From a virus, in the IMG/VR virus record IMGVR_UViG_3300003309_000010, positions 20,391 through 84,390 of that record: a stretch of 64,000 nucleotides of DNA; one strand, given 5' to 3'. Position 1 is the stretch's first letter. Each line of letters opens with the position of its first letter. Positions 18,113 to 28,684 of the stretch are shown piece after piece. A program made the position numbers and the translations under genes. Below the pieces are notes generated by a model that did no database searches, was not told the DNA's origin, and was given only the letters and a program-made list of their open reading frames with translations.

Positions 18113-20191
18113 CTACCCCTGAAAGAAGCTGCTTTCGATGCCAATAGTGGCAGCGGTGAATTGAGGACCGGCTTGCAAGTCTGCCATCAGTGAGGCAGAG
18201 AATCCGTTATCTCGGTCCTGTTGAGTGACCTGCGTATTCGGTGTAACCGTCACTTTCTCAGCATGCATACCACTGGTAAGCTCTGAAATGGTTGTATTAC
18301 AACGAGAGATCAGCGTAGCCTCCGGCATTTGACCACCAAACCATTGCGCATAGGCCGTAGCCATTGCCCAAGTCGTTTGCACGACACCTGCCATGGTAAT
18401 CAATGAGTTGAGCACGGAGCTATCGTTGGGGTTCATGGACTGCATCCCAATGTAACCGACTGTGCCGTGACCGGTGGATTCAAGTGCCACACACTGAGAC
18501 TGCCAGAGTCTTTCCCGCATGGTGTAATGCGAGTATTGGTAATCCAACAGTTGATGTTGGATATCTTTGTTGTCTTTGTGTAGCGGATCTTTGTGCGTTC
18601 TCCACACCAAGTTGCCCGCACTCAGATAATCGGCCAGCTTTTCAGCCAAATCGTACGCCAAGGAAATGGGTTTGCGATAACGGCTGTTCTTGATCTTAAT
18701 CGAGAACGGCACAATAGCACCTCTACTCATGGGCGTAGAATACAACACGCTTTCCGGAATCAACGAAGCTTCCGACATGATGTTGGCAGCACGGTTTGCC
18801 GTTTCATCCATGGTAGCGGTGCGTCCATGGACATGCGTTGAACCTACTACGATAACATCAGGACGAATCGCTGTAATTTTATACAGCTTCTCGGTCACAT
18901 CAGTGTCGAGACCCATATCGAATATCCAGTGGAAAGGATACTGAAGGATGTCGCCCAGCGGAATACCGTTACCAAAATTGTCAGCCATGTCACCGACAGA
19001 TTGGTTGAATGCTGCATTACTCATATCGCCGTCATCACCACCAGCCAGGCCGATAAGTGCGGCACCGCCAGATAAGACCACTTGACGAGAGTCGGTAGCT
19101 GCATCGGTCAAATCAGCATGTACAATGGCACGATAAGGTACGTTGTGGTGGTTGGTTGCACCGAACAGGTTAATTGAGTAAGGATTGGTATCATCAATCC
19201 AAATGGTGTTATCACCTTCAGAAGGGCGTGCGTCCACTTCTTTAGTTAACAACAAACCCAACACGGTTTCGATGTTATCATCGTACCAGTAAATACCGTC
19301 AACAGGACCCGTCAGGTTGTCAGAGTTGGTCAGTTGATTGGTTTTCTTGTACCCAGTTTCGTAACGCTCTTCGAAATCAATGACAGTCTCATTAATATCG
19401 ATTAAACCAGGTTGGAGTGAGAAGTCAATGGTATCGCCACCGTTCACGTTGTACCAAGGCGTGGTTGAACCGCCACCAGACTTCGATTCACGGAAACCCA
19501 TACGGTAAATCATGCTACCCTTTGCTTCAATACTGTCCGCATCAACAACATTGGGGTTATTCGTTTTGGGCTGGAACAATGAGGCCAGAAAACGATTACC
19601 GCGAGTACCGTAGTAAGTCGCCTCTAAGTCGCAGATTGGCAAAATCACTGAAGGTGCTTTACCGACTAGTGAACCAGCAACTTGAGCGCCGTCACCAACG
19701 ACCATGGTACCATCAGACTGTTCAACCAGTAATCTGACTCGATAACCTTCGATGGTCGCGCCTGTATCGACGGGATTCCCATCGCTATCTAACGCAAACG
19801 TACCGTCAGCGTTACGATTTTTCGGATCAATGTCGTCGAGTACGTATTCAAGCAAAAGACGCGCACCGGCTTTCTTAACGGTAGCCATGTCGGCAACCCG
19901 AGTAAGAAATTGAGCAGCTTGTCTTTGCATTAACATTGTTGCCAATGCAGTTTGATAGTTGTAGTAAGGACCCGCAATATCGAAGGCTTCACTACCGAAA
20001 ACACGCTCGCCGACCACTCGGTCGGATACCGCCATTGAATCGTCCAGCGGACCCCAATTAGCGAAAATAGGGTTGAATACGGTGAAATTACCAAACGCCG
20101 CACGGACCGTATCGGGACCCGGACGAGGATTGTCCTTTACACCAGTAAACACCTTATTTGGCGTGGCATTTCTGTGTTGATTAAAACTCAT
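18113..20191 (-). CDS. Tail sheath protein (phiKZ gp29-like)
   Basis: 692 aa; FNPIFANWGP, FGSEAFD, LAGGDDG, DILQYPF, ESVLYSTPMSRGAI; sheath-tube pair divergent from gp28-26-like genes. Confidence 0.9.
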   Translation of the reverse strand: MSFNQHRNATPNKVFTGVKDNPRPGPDTVRAAFGNFTVFNPIFANWGPLDDSMAVSDRVVGERVFGSEAFDIAGPYYNYQTALATMLMQRQAAQFLTRVADMATVKKAGARLLLEYVLDDIDPKNRNADGTFALDSDGNPVDTGATIEGYRVRLLVEQSDGTMVVGDGAQVAGSLVGKAPSVILPICDLEATYYGTRGNRFLASLFQPKTNNPNVVDADSIEAKGSMIYRMGFRESKSGGGSTTPWYNVNGGDTIDFSLQPGLIDINETVIDFEERYETGYKKTNQLTNSDNLTGPVDGIYWYDDNIETVLGLLLTKEVDARPSEGDNTIWIDDTNPYSINLFGATNHHNVPYRAIVHADLTDAATDSRQVVLSGGAALIGLAGGDDGDMSNAAFNQSVGDMADNFGNGIPLGDILQYPFHWIFDMGLDTDVTEKLYKITAIRPDVIVVGSTHVHGRTATMDETANRAANIMSEASLIPESVLYSTPMSRGAIVPFSIKIKNSRYRKPISLAYDLAEKLADYLSAGNLVWRTHKDPLHKDNKDIQHQLLDYQYSHYTMRERLWQSQCVALESTGHGTVGYIGMQSMNPNDSSVLNSLITMAGVVQTTWAMATAYAQWFGGQMPEATLISRCNTTISELTSGMHAEKVTVTPNTQVTQQDRDNGFSASLMADLQAGPQFTAATIGIESSFFQG

Positions 20192-20319
20192 GAATTTATT
20201 CCTTAAATTAAGGTGTGGGTTTCTTCTTTTACGTAAAAGAATAAGTTGTTAACTTTTATGTTCGGGTCAGTTTGCGCAAACAGCCCCATATTAATTTTGT
20301 ATTATCAAGGAGATAGTAG

Positions 20320-21213
20320 ATGGTATCTTATCTGAATACGGCTATTGCAGAGGCGTATAATCACCACACAGACGTCTATTTAAAGGCGTTGATTAACAAA
20401 GAATTGAAACAAGAGATGGTGGGAACCGGTGGTTTGATTGCTGTGAATACCGGTGAAGGTGATGTGCCCAGAGCGTTTGTCCCTCAAGTGATTCACCAAC
20501 TTGATGGAGTAAATACGACAGGTCGAACTATCGCTATGATAGACCTCAACAAGATACGCAGCGAAGAACAAGATCTCCGCCATACCATGTTGATATTGAC
20601 TGCTGCATGGGAAAGTGGCGATACGGTACTGGAGACAACGCGGAAGTTTCTTACTAAAGCGTATTCAACTTGGGTAACCAGAACAGTGGAAAGACGATTC
20701 GGTATCCCTGTACAAGATTCTATCCCCTTTAAAGTGCTTATGGCCACGTATTTCTGGTGTGCGTATACGACGCCTGCCAAAACGCTACCTATACCGGTAT
20801 CGTTACAAGCAATTTCTGACAGCACTGGTGTACCCGCTTATAAAGTGGATGAGTATCTAAGACAACATAGGTTGCACGACAAGGACGACCCGCTATACAT
20901 CAGCGATATTGTTCGAATGGCCGGAGACATCAGTCCAGAGGTTAAGGCCAAAATCTCCGCCTCGAGCTTGATGGCAACAGTATCCTCGTCTTGGTTTAAT
21001 GAAACAGGCGCTTACTATTGCAACTTAGCACTGGAGTACCCGCCTGCGTTTGCGACGTTGGCATACTATGGTTTAGCTAATTCCGGTTACCAAAGAACCT
21101 TTTTGGGTGAAGTGGTTAAACGTTATTCTGCCGGTCGTAAAGGAGAGCAGGGCAACAACTATATTCGTGATTTGTCTCAACTTATCGCGGGATTACTTAA
21201 AGCAGGACGATAG
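20320..21213 (+). CDS. Virion structural protein (phiKZ gp28-like)
   Basis: Synteny and size; LALEYPPAF motif. Confidence 0.65.
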   Translation: MVSYLNTAIAEAYNHHTDVYLKALINKELKQEMVGTGGLIAVNTGEGDVPRAFVPQVIHQLDGVNTTGRTIAMIDLNKIRSEEQDLRHTMLILTAAWESGDTVLETTRKFLTKAYSTWVTRTVERRFGIPVQDSIPFKVLMATYFWCAYTTPAKTLPIPVSLQAISDSTGVPAYKVDEYLRQHRLHDKDDPLYISDIVRMAGDISPEVKAKISASSLMATVSSSWFNETGAYYCNLALEYPPAFATLAYYGLANSGYQRTFLGEVVKRYSAGRKGEQGNNYIRDLSQLIAGLLKAGR

Positions 21214-21215
21214 CC

Positions 21216-23555
21216 ATGTTAAACGCACTTGCTCGAGGTAAGGTAGCACACAACTACTTCACCTCAGTTTGGGGTAACCCAACTTTAGAACTGAATATCA
21301 CGATTATCCCCACCCGTCTTACTCAGTCTGGAGCAAGGCGAAATGGCGCCAATATCCGAGATATTCCTTTTATGTTCCCCGGCAATCTCGCCTACCATGT
21401 ATACGCAATTGGGTATTTACATTCTGGCCTGCTTCATCAAACAAAGATAAAGCAGGGGGAATGGCAACCCTTAGTCGAACTTATGCAGCAAAACCGCTCA
21501 CACATTCGATTGAGTTATCTGAATTCCAGAATCGTACCCGATGTTGCCAATTGCTATATGTTGGGATTAGGAGAGAACGGGTATTTCCTCATCGTACCGG
21601 ACGACGGTGTTGCCACAGAACTCCATGTCACCATTCGCAGTAGTAAGTTGACCAGTGCGCCGATTGCTGTCGACACTTATCCACTAACCGACCAGTATAG
21701 TAGAGATTTACTGTTTACACAGATAGATACCGACGCGGACTCAGAAATGAAAGAGTACTATGTCGATAATTATCTGATTGATGTTCCTACCCGATCGCAG
21801 ATTAATGCGGCCAACCAAATCACGATTATTGACGACACTTCTATCGGTAACATCATTGAAATACCGATGGAAGATCTGCACACCTATTCGGTGTCGGGAA
21901 CACGCTTTTATTTACTACATTACCCGACTATCCCCAAAGGGATGCTGTTCAACATCAACGATTTGTTCATTGTGTTGGTTAATCAGGGCGTTTGTTATGC
22001 TATTCATCACAGCGCGTATAAAGACACCGTAGTACGTTTGGCGAATAACGCTTGTGGACTTGCCACGGATGCTGTAGAGAGCGTTATGGCGTCTCTGGGG
22101 TGGACGTATGCAGGGACGCGTGTAAAACTCCTCTTAGGGACTAACACAAAACCCCGCCAAGCGTACAATTTCGATTATCAACGAATTTGGGACGCGATGT
22201 CTGACGTTCGTCAATCCGAAGTGTTGCGGTCTCAAGCAGGTAGTCCTCATGAGCTAACTGCGTTAGGCAGGCACGGAAAACCCACCAACAAGTTTATCAA
22301 TGCAACGCAAAGTGTGGTGAACGCTAATGTTGAGAATTTGTACGCCATTAATGAGCTGGACAGGATTTTAAATCGAGGCGTTAGAGCGGGCAGGGATATT
22401 GATAATTCCATGACAGATCTTGCTAATACGGAAGGTTTGGTCGGGATGCGGTTTATCGAAGGCGACTGGGTCGAAGATTACCCTCAAACGTTATCGGGTG
22501 ATGAGTCGGCGGTTTGGATTGAACATCGTCGTGAAACGATGCTCGATAGTAATTCGGTGGAGCTGTCTTCCTACCTGACTCCAGTGGTGTATAAAGCCGA
22601 CGGTACGTTTGCATCGGAAGGTGCCGAGTACACTGTCAACAACGGATTCATCTACCCGCTTGATGAGATTTACATCACCGAACTGCAATCTGCCAAAACC
22701 CTACATCCTACGTACGACGTTGCGAAAATGGAGTGGACCGTGCCGAATCTTAAGCGTTGGGTAGCGGCGACAGATATGCACGTTTTTGCTGACAATGTGT
22801 ACCTACACCCCGGTACAGATTATCGGTACACGGATACTGGGATTCAGATTTGGAAAGCGGTGTCGGTAGATGACGTAAAAATCAAAGCATCCCCTAAACT
22901 GGGTGAGTGCATCTTGGAACAAGGGTTTATTCGTAACGGTACATTGAGCGTCAACGGGAGTTACCTCGCTGAAGACCCTGACAACATCGCAATGTTTATC
23001 GGTGATAAGTTGTATCTGGCAGACGAGGTAGCGTGGGAGGAGGATTACCATCTCTCTACTGCTACGCTACCTAATGGTGTTCCTTACACTATCTTTAAAC
23101 GATTGCTTCATGAGTACGAGTTGACTGCTGATGAGCTTCTGGCGCTTCGTACTGAACATCAGTCGTTGTTGTCCAAGATAGGCACTTACCTCAATCTGGT
23201 CCCGCCGGAACCCATCACTGATGTCAGCGTCTACACGGATCATTATCGGTTGCAGAGTCCGTTCATGTTAATGTTGTTGGATAAAATGCGTAGAGGGGTT
23301 ATCAACTATTCCCCTAACTATGTTGTGTCTGTGGGCGTGGAATTTGCGTTAGGTCAGGATTTAATGCATCAGTTATCATCTGGTCTTGATCCGCTAACTA
23401 AAACTTGGGGAACCAAAGCGATCGATGTTATCCCGCATTTGGAGATCGATCCGATGCCGGTTACTTCAGACGCTTGGGCTTTCCTTGAAAAGGTTAACGA
23501 TACGCTGTTAGACGGGAAACTGCAACTAAATTCGTACTACAGGATTAAAAGATGA
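21216..23555 (+). CDS. Virion structural/baseplate protein (phiKZ gp27-like)
   Basis: 779 aa; SVWGNP N-terminal motif; synteny. Confidence 0.65.
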   Translation: MLNALARGKVAHNYFTSVWGNPTLELNITIIPTRLTQSGARRNGANIRDIPFMFPGNLAYHVYAIGYLHSGLLHQTKIKQGEWQPLVELMQQNRSHIRLSYLNSRIVPDVANCYMLGLGENGYFLIVPDDGVATELHVTIRSSKLTSAPIAVDTYPLTDQYSRDLLFTQIDTDADSEMKEYYVDNYLIDVPTRSQINAANQITIIDDTSIGNIIEIPMEDLHTYSVSGTRFYLLHYPTIPKGMLFNINDLFIVLVNQGVCYAIHHSAYKDTVVRLANNACGLATDAVESVMASLGWTYAGTRVKLLLGTNTKPRQAYNFDYQRIWDAMSDVRQSEVLRSQAGSPHELTALGRHGKPTNKFINATQSVVNANVENLYAINELDRILNRGVRAGRDIDNSMTDLANTEGLVGMRFIEGDWVEDYPQTLSGDESAVWIEHRRETMLDSNSVELSSYLTPVVYKADGTFASEGAEYTVNNGFIYPLDEIYITELQSAKTLHPTYDVAKMEWTVPNLKRWVAATDMHVFADNVYLHPGTDYRYTDTGIQIWKAVSVDDVKIKASPKLGECILEQGFIRNGTLSVNGSYLAEDPDNIAMFIGDKLYLADEVAWEEDYHLSTATLPNGVPYTIFKRLLHEYELTADELLALRTEHQSLLSKIGTYLNLVPPEPITDVSVYTDHYRLQSPFMLMLLDKMRRGVINYSPNYVVSVGVEFALGQDLMHQLSSGLDPLTKTWGTKAIDVIPHLEIDPMPVTSDAWAFLEKVNDTLLDGKLQLNSYYRIKR

Positions 23556-25195
23556 GTGTTGAATTATACCGTCCCGCGAAAGGGACACACAACCAATGGT
23601 TGAAAGAACAAATATACACTACCCCCGAAAACGCATTTGGTATTGAACGCGGCGGGGTAGTGCCTAACGTGAACGACGAAGTTATCACATGGATTGGGAA
23701 TGGTCGGTTTAGTGAGCGCGTAGTGGATGTCAACCAAGACAACACCTCAGTCTTAGCACCCACTACTATCGTTGACGGTAACGGATCGCCTATCACAATC
23801 GGAGCGGATATCGGCACTGCTCAGCTATTAAGCATGGCCAATCTATACCTCAACGACAAGAACAGTAAACTACCTGTGTCGGTGGATGTTCGAGTCCCTA
23901 TAACGGGCTTAGATTTACAATATGCTCGGTTATTCTTAGGGACAGACATATCCAACGCGGGTAAAGTCATCAGTGTGCAATATGATGAATCGGGTGATCC
24001 TATCGGAGACAGGTTAGAAGTCAGGCGCGTTAACCCCAGTGATGTGAATGATATCCGGGTGGATGTAAGAACCGGTAACATTATTCAGCTGCTACCTCAA
24101 GACACAGTGGTCACGCTTGTTATTTATAACTCGAACAATGGGCCTGTGAGGATATTGAATCTCACTGTGAAATACAATTCCTTGGTTGCCAACTTGGATA
24201 ACTCTGCGTTGTTTGTGAAGGATTTGGAGCTATCGCATCCTTGGGTGGACCCTCAGAACAGTCACCGTATCTTGTTACCGAAAAACATGCTACTTCAGTC
24301 CTTTTCGCCTACGGTGAAAAAGGTGTACCAAAACGGTAGCCGGGAACTGATACTGGATAACAACACCAACCTAACCATCGAGGGGTGGGGAGACTACCTT
24401 AAAGGGACGGTCGGGGATATGTTCACGATAGTCGTCAAGTATGTACTGGCGCCCGGTGAACGGAGTATCATCGTCGACCCTGTCTTGGCAAGACACATCG
24501 CAAAAATCTATACCGTATTGATTGTTGATAAAGGGGTAGGGGTCAACTATAAACTGTTCCCTCTTCTGGATTTCCATCCAGACACGGGGTACACGCTGCG
24601 TTGGATGTTGCATTTCTCGGATTATTCCAACCGTATCGATGTTACTGAATTTGTTGCTTCTAACACGCTGTCTCCTAGCAGTTATGGTGGACAACAAATC
24701 ATTAACTACAGTTTGGACTTAAACGATGTCACGGAGATTGCGTCCAACGAAGAGATAGCCGGTTCAGTGACGGTTGAATTACTGGCCGACCCAATTACTC
24801 AACCAACGTCTTTCAGGCTGTACGACACGCCCTCAGATGAACATCCTTATGGGGACAACATCATATTCCGATTGCGTCCGGGAATATCTCACTATTCTCT
24901 GGATATCACTTGTGGGTATACGGTGAAAGAAGAATGGTTAGATAGATTGTATTATCGCCTCAACCCGATGTACGATCCTCTACTGACTTCCCATGCACCC
25001 TTACCCACACACGTAGATGTGAAGGTGGGTAATGCATTGTTCACGTTTACGGTGGATAACTGGGACAGCTTTAAGAACTGGACGGATGCGCTCCCGGTAA
25101 ATGGGATAGGAGCGGATGTGACATTCTATATCCTAAACGGTAATAACGAACGATCATTCTTGGCTATGTCAAGAGTTTACATCGAAATAGTGTAA
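23552..25195 (+). CDS. Virion structural protein (phiKZ gp26-like)
   Basis: 547 aa; VVPNVNDEV, YKLFPLLDF; synteny upstream of the terminase. Confidence 0.65.
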   Translation: MSVELYRPAKGTHNQWLKEQIYTTPENAFGIERGGVVPNVNDEVITWIGNGRFSERVVDVNQDNTSVLAPTTIVDGNGSPITIGADIGTAQLLSMANLYLNDKNSKLPVSVDVRVPITGLDLQYARLFLGTDISNAGKVISVQYDESGDPIGDRLEVRRVNPSDVNDIRVDVRTGNIIQLLPQDTVVTLVIYNSNNGPVRILNLTVKYNSLVANLDNSALFVKDLELSHPWVDPQNSHRILLPKNMLLQSFSPTVKKVYQNGSRELILDNNTNLTIEGWGDYLKGTVGDMFTIVVKYVLAPGERSIIVDPVLARHIAKIYTVLIVDKGVGVNYKLFPLLDFHPDTGYTLRWMLHFSDYSNRIDVTEFVASNTLSPSSYGGQQIINYSLDLNDVTEIASNEEIAGSVTVELLADPITQPTSFRLYDTPSDEHPYGDNIIFRLRPGISHYSLDITCGYTVKEEWLDRLYYRLNPMYDPLLTSHAPLPTHVDVKVGNALFTFTVDNWDSFKNWTDALPVNGIGADVTFYILNGNNERSFLAMSRVYIEIV

Positions 25196-25204
25196 CCTTA
25201 AATA

Positions 25205-25230
25205 TAGGAGGGTTCGCAAGAACCCTCCTA
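25205..25230 (+). terminator. Hairpin with GCAA tetraloop ending the structural operon
   Basis: TAGGAGGGTTC-gcaa-GAACCCTCCTA; no U-tract on the + strand. Confidence 0.65.
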
Positions 25231-25248
25231 CAATCCCCAATAATGTAA

Positions 25249-25259
25249 GGATATATTAC
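25249..25259 (+). promoter_or_regulatory. Putative early (virion RNAP) promoter
   Basis: GGATATATTAC contains the exact phiKZ early consensus TATATTAC; intergenic. Confidence 0.65.
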
Positions 25260-25318
25260 TACCTTGGTTATTTCTTTTAGAATGACAGATAAAATATTTT
25301 ATAAACTAATTAGGAGTT

Positions 25319-26041
25319 GTGATGACTATATCCAAAGAAGAACACGCGGACATGTTGGAGCGTTCTCGAAAAGATCGAGTAATCGAAAAGGTTAAAACCG
25401 CTGCCGAAGAGGAAGGGTTGACGCTGATATTTGTCGGATGTCGATTGTACGGTATTGATGGAGATAACTGCACTTTTATCACCGAAGGTGCCGACTGGGA
25501 CGATGCTTACGCTAAAGCAGTGCAAATTCCAGCAAAAGAACTGAGACGTAACGGGTTTAATCCTTTATCAGTTATCGAAAACGAAAAATGGTCTATCCCT
25601 CACAACACCGTCGTACCAGAAGGGCTCAAAATCCCTCCACGCACTTGGACCGGTGCAAGATGTACCCTCTCAAAAGGTGTGGTGGTCGGCGATCGATTTC
25701 GCTTGGGCAAACAAAGTATTGTAGGAGAAGGCTGTATTATCGGAAACGATTGGTTGATAGGCAAAGACTCTTTAATTATGCCAGACGTCCGTTTAGGTAC
25801 TGGCGGGGAAGTGGCTTACAATGCGACCTTTGACGTCCACACGATATTCGATTCGCCGTTTGAAGTGAACGGTGGAGGCGGTATCAGACACACCGTTGAA
25901 GGCAATAAGCCGTGGAAGGTGGGCATGTTTACTTGGGACGACAGTCCGTGTTACATAACCTTGACAGAATTACCTTACAGCTCCTCACGCTCAGGTTTAA
26001 AAACCCGTGTATCGCGGCGTGTCAGTGAACTTGAAAGTTAA
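25319..26041 (+). CDS. Hexapeptide-repeat (left-handed beta-helix) protein 1
   Basis: Run of [LIV]G-x4 repeats: VGDRFRLGKQSIVGEGCIIGNDWLIG; AGGAG RBS. Confidence 0.75.
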   Translation: MMTISKEEHADMLERSRKDRVIEKVKTAAEEEGLTLIFVGCRLYGIDGDNCTFITEGADWDDAYAKAVQIPAKELRRNGFNPLSVIENEKWSIPHNTVVPEGLKIPPRTWTGARCTLSKGVVVGDRFRLGKQSIVGEGCIIGNDWLIGKDSLIMPDVRLGTGGEVAYNATFDVHTIFDSPFEVNGGGGIRHTVEGNKPWKVGMFTWDDSPCYITLTELPYSSSRSGLKTRVSRRVSELES

Positions 26042-26058
26042 AACGGTTAATTAAGTTT

Positions 26059-26088
26059 AAAAAGAAGAGTTGGGTAGCTCTTCTTTTT
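26059..26088 (+). terminator. Rho-independent terminator followed by TATG
   Basis: AAAAAGAAGAG...CTCTTCTTTTT. Confidence 0.75.
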
Positions 26089-26139
26089 TATGCAATTTGA
26101 AAAAACTGTGTATAATTAAAAACCTAAGAGGATTCCAGA

Positions 26140-28275
26140 ATGGGAATATTCTTCAAGGAGGACTGGGACAAATACCCTAAAGCCATTCCCCACCGAAGTA
26201 CCAAAAATAGAAGCTGGGTCAACATGGCGGTGGTCCTCAAAGAGCAGTTTAAACTCGAAAACTATGAGTTTCATTTGGCCTTAATGGACCCCAGTTTGGA
26301 ACATGTGGATCCTTACGACCCCGATCTCCCCATGACCACCAGAGTACGAATATTGGTAGAGTGTGGTCAAAACGTGTGGTATTTTCTGCGCGAAGTCTTA
26401 CGGGTCCCTGCCCAAGCGGGGTTAGGTTCAAATCCATTTGGAGTGAATCGTTTTTCCTTGGCAGCGGTGTGGTTACATTACAACCATATTGACGCCGCCG
26501 CAGTCATATTAAGACAGGCTGGTAAAACCCTTGTGGCACAAGCCATGAAAACCCACTTGCTTACTTGTGTGATGTGGAACTCTAAACTATTGTGGATAAC
26601 CACAGACTCCGAGAAACGCAAAGACACCATCAGGGACACCAAGGAGATGTTAGATCTCCTTCCCGGTTACATTTACACCAGAGACCCCAAACTGGACTCT
26701 GATAATTTGATGGAAATCACAAACGTTGCCAGAAAGAACTACATTATCTATGGAGTTGGGCAAGCGGAGAAAAAATTAGCGGAGAAGAAAGGCCGTGGTT
26801 ATCGTATTGCCGAGAAGTTCTTAGACGAATTCGCAGAAACAAAGAACGCCCATCTTATCTTAGGTGCTGCATCCGGCTCTCGTAACGCGGTGGTTAAAGA
26901 AGCCAGAGCGAAAGATCAACCCTACGGTGACTTTCTCATGTGTACCGCTGGCGACTTAGCCAACGCAGAAGGACAGGCGTATTACACGTATTTGGCCAAT
27001 TCCGCCATGTGGAGTGAGGTGATGTATGACTGCCCTAATCGGGAAGCACTTAAAGAAATGGTCGCCACACAATCTGCTGACCCAAGAGCGCCCTCGGTCA
27101 ACCTTACGTTCTCTTGGCGTCAATTAGGTATCTCTAAAGAAGAATACTTAGAGAGACGGTCGAGAGCAATTCGTGACTCCAACGGCGACATGGATAAAGT
27201 ACGTCGTGAGGTAGATTCCATCTGGTCCATGGGCGGTAAGTCCAATGCGCTGACACCTGACCAAGCCAATGTAGTGTATTCTTCAGAAGTCGATCCAATG
27301 TGGACAGACGTACATCAAGGTAAGGTCATCATTAATTGGTACGCATCCAAAGAAGAGATAATGACCTACTGTGAGGAGAATGACGTTATTGTCGGGTGCG
27401 ACACCTCTCAAGGTAACGGTCGAGATGCGTGTTCACACACAGTCGTGAGAGTGTCTACTGGTGAGGTGTTGGGACGAGTCGATGTGTCAACTATCAACCT
27501 GACACTTTATACACAATTTTGTGTGTGGTTCATTATGTCTCTGCCTAAAGCACTGTTTATTATTGAAAACAAAGTATCTGGGCAGTCCATTATTGATGCG
27601 CTCATTGTTGCATTTGTTCAGTCCGGCGAAGACCCCATGAAACGGATGTACAACATGGTAGTTCAAGAACCTGAGAAGTATCCTGCGTACGACCACCAGT
27701 TAAATAAAGTCCATATTGGGCGACGTAAAATTGAATTCTACGATGTTATGAAACGAACCATTGGGTTCAGTACCAATTCTCAACTGCGTCAACAATTGTA
27801 TTCTCAGGCTTTACAAGAAGCGGTGCGTTCCAGCGGAAGTATGATCAGAGACAAAACCTTGTCGACACAGATGAGGTTGCTTATCAAAAAGGATGGGCGA
27901 GTGGACCATCCGAAGGGTGGACATGATGATGCGGTTATTAGCTATCTGTTGTGCATGTGGTTTCTTATTTTTGGTAAGAACTACACCCGGTACGGAATCC
28001 CGCTTAAACTTCCGCTATCTAAGACGGTGCGTACTGAAGACGGCTCTACCAGCAAAGAAGACTTAGAACGCCATCAAAACATCAAATGGTTGGAAGAACG
28101 CATCGAGGTACTGGAAAATGAACTCAGAGGATGCATTAACACCTTCTACGGTAGGTCGGTGGAACTGAGGCTCAAAGAAACGTATTTAGAACTCGAACGT
28201 CAAGGCGGTGAACCTAGGAACATTGCGCAGCTGCTGGATGATATTAAAAAATCAACAAAGAAAAAGAGGCACTAA
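26140..28275 (+). CDS. terL: Terminase large subunit (phiKZ gp25-like)
   Basis: Walker A RQAGKT, Walker B FLDEF, nuclease GCDTS...RDA and HPKGGHDD. Confidence 0.92.
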   Translation: MGIFFKEDWDKYPKAIPHRSTKNRSWVNMAVVLKEQFKLENYEFHLALMDPSLEHVDPYDPDLPMTTRVRILVECGQNVWYFLREVLRVPAQAGLGSNPFGVNRFSLAAVWLHYNHIDAAAVILRQAGKTLVAQAMKTHLLTCVMWNSKLLWITTDSEKRKDTIRDTKEMLDLLPGYIYTRDPKLDSDNLMEITNVARKNYIIYGVGQAEKKLAEKKGRGYRIAEKFLDEFAETKNAHLILGAASGSRNAVVKEARAKDQPYGDFLMCTAGDLANAEGQAYYTYLANSAMWSEVMYDCPNREALKEMVATQSADPRAPSVNLTFSWRQLGISKEEYLERRSRAIRDSNGDMDKVRREVDSIWSMGGKSNALTPDQANVVYSSEVDPMWTDVHQGKVIINWYASKEEIMTYCEENDVIVGCDTSQGNGRDACSHTVVRVSTGEVLGRVDVSTINLTLYTQFCVWFIMSLPKALFIIENKVSGQSIIDALIVAFVQSGEDPMKRMYNMVVQEPEKYPAYDHQLNKVHIGRRKIEFYDVMKRTIGFSTNSQLRQQLYSQALQEAVRSSGSMIRDKTLSTQMRLLIKKDGRVDHPKGGHDDAVISYLLCMWFLIFGKNYTRYGIPLKLPLSKTVRTEDGSTSKEDLERHQNIKWLEERIEVLENELRGCINTFYGRSVELRLKETYLELERQGGEPRNIAQLLDDIKKSTKKKRH

Positions 28276-28279
28276 TACA

Positions 28280-28684
28280 ATGGAGTTCGAACTTAATTGT
28301 AGAGGTGGGTGGATTATTCCTCCTGCCACCAAGCTCCCTGACCGAACTCGCATCGTCGCGTTTAGCGATATCGGCAAAGGGTGTACGATAGGTAAAGGAT
28401 CTACCGTTGGGAGAGGTTCTGAAATAGGACCTAATACGCTTTTTGAAAACCTTTGTCGCGTGCACGACAGTTGTATACTCGGGACAGGTATTACGATGGG
28501 TAACGCATGCGAGATAGACACAAAGTGTATTATTCGTGGGTTACTTACTACCGGCGAACGTTGTGTTATCGGAAAAGGTGTCATCGGGTTAAGCAAACAA
28601 AACGTGTTCGGGGTTGGAACAACTTTCTGGTATCACGGAACCAAAGTGGAAGTGTTACCTAAAGGGGACAAGCATGTCAGCTGA
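28280..28684 (+). CDS. Hexapeptide-repeat (left-handed beta-helix) protein 2
   Basis: IG-x4 repeats; Cys at residues 35,59,65,77,83,95 (all the same hexad position); AGAGG RBS; starts 4 nt after the terL stop. Confidence 0.8.
   Translation: MEFELNCRGGWIIPPATKLPDRTRIVAFSDIGKGCTIGKGSTVGRGSEIGPNTLFENLCRVHDSCILGTGITMGNACEIDTKCIIRGLLTTGERCVIGKGVIGLSKQNVFGVGTTFWYHGTKVEVLPKGDKHVS

Noticed and set aside
17542-19737. Long + strand ORFs (e.g. 17573..18193, 18690..18944, 19417..19737) over the tube and sheath genes
   Set aside because: Antisense shadows of strongly codon-biased minus-strand structural genes; no RBS and no recognisable motifs.
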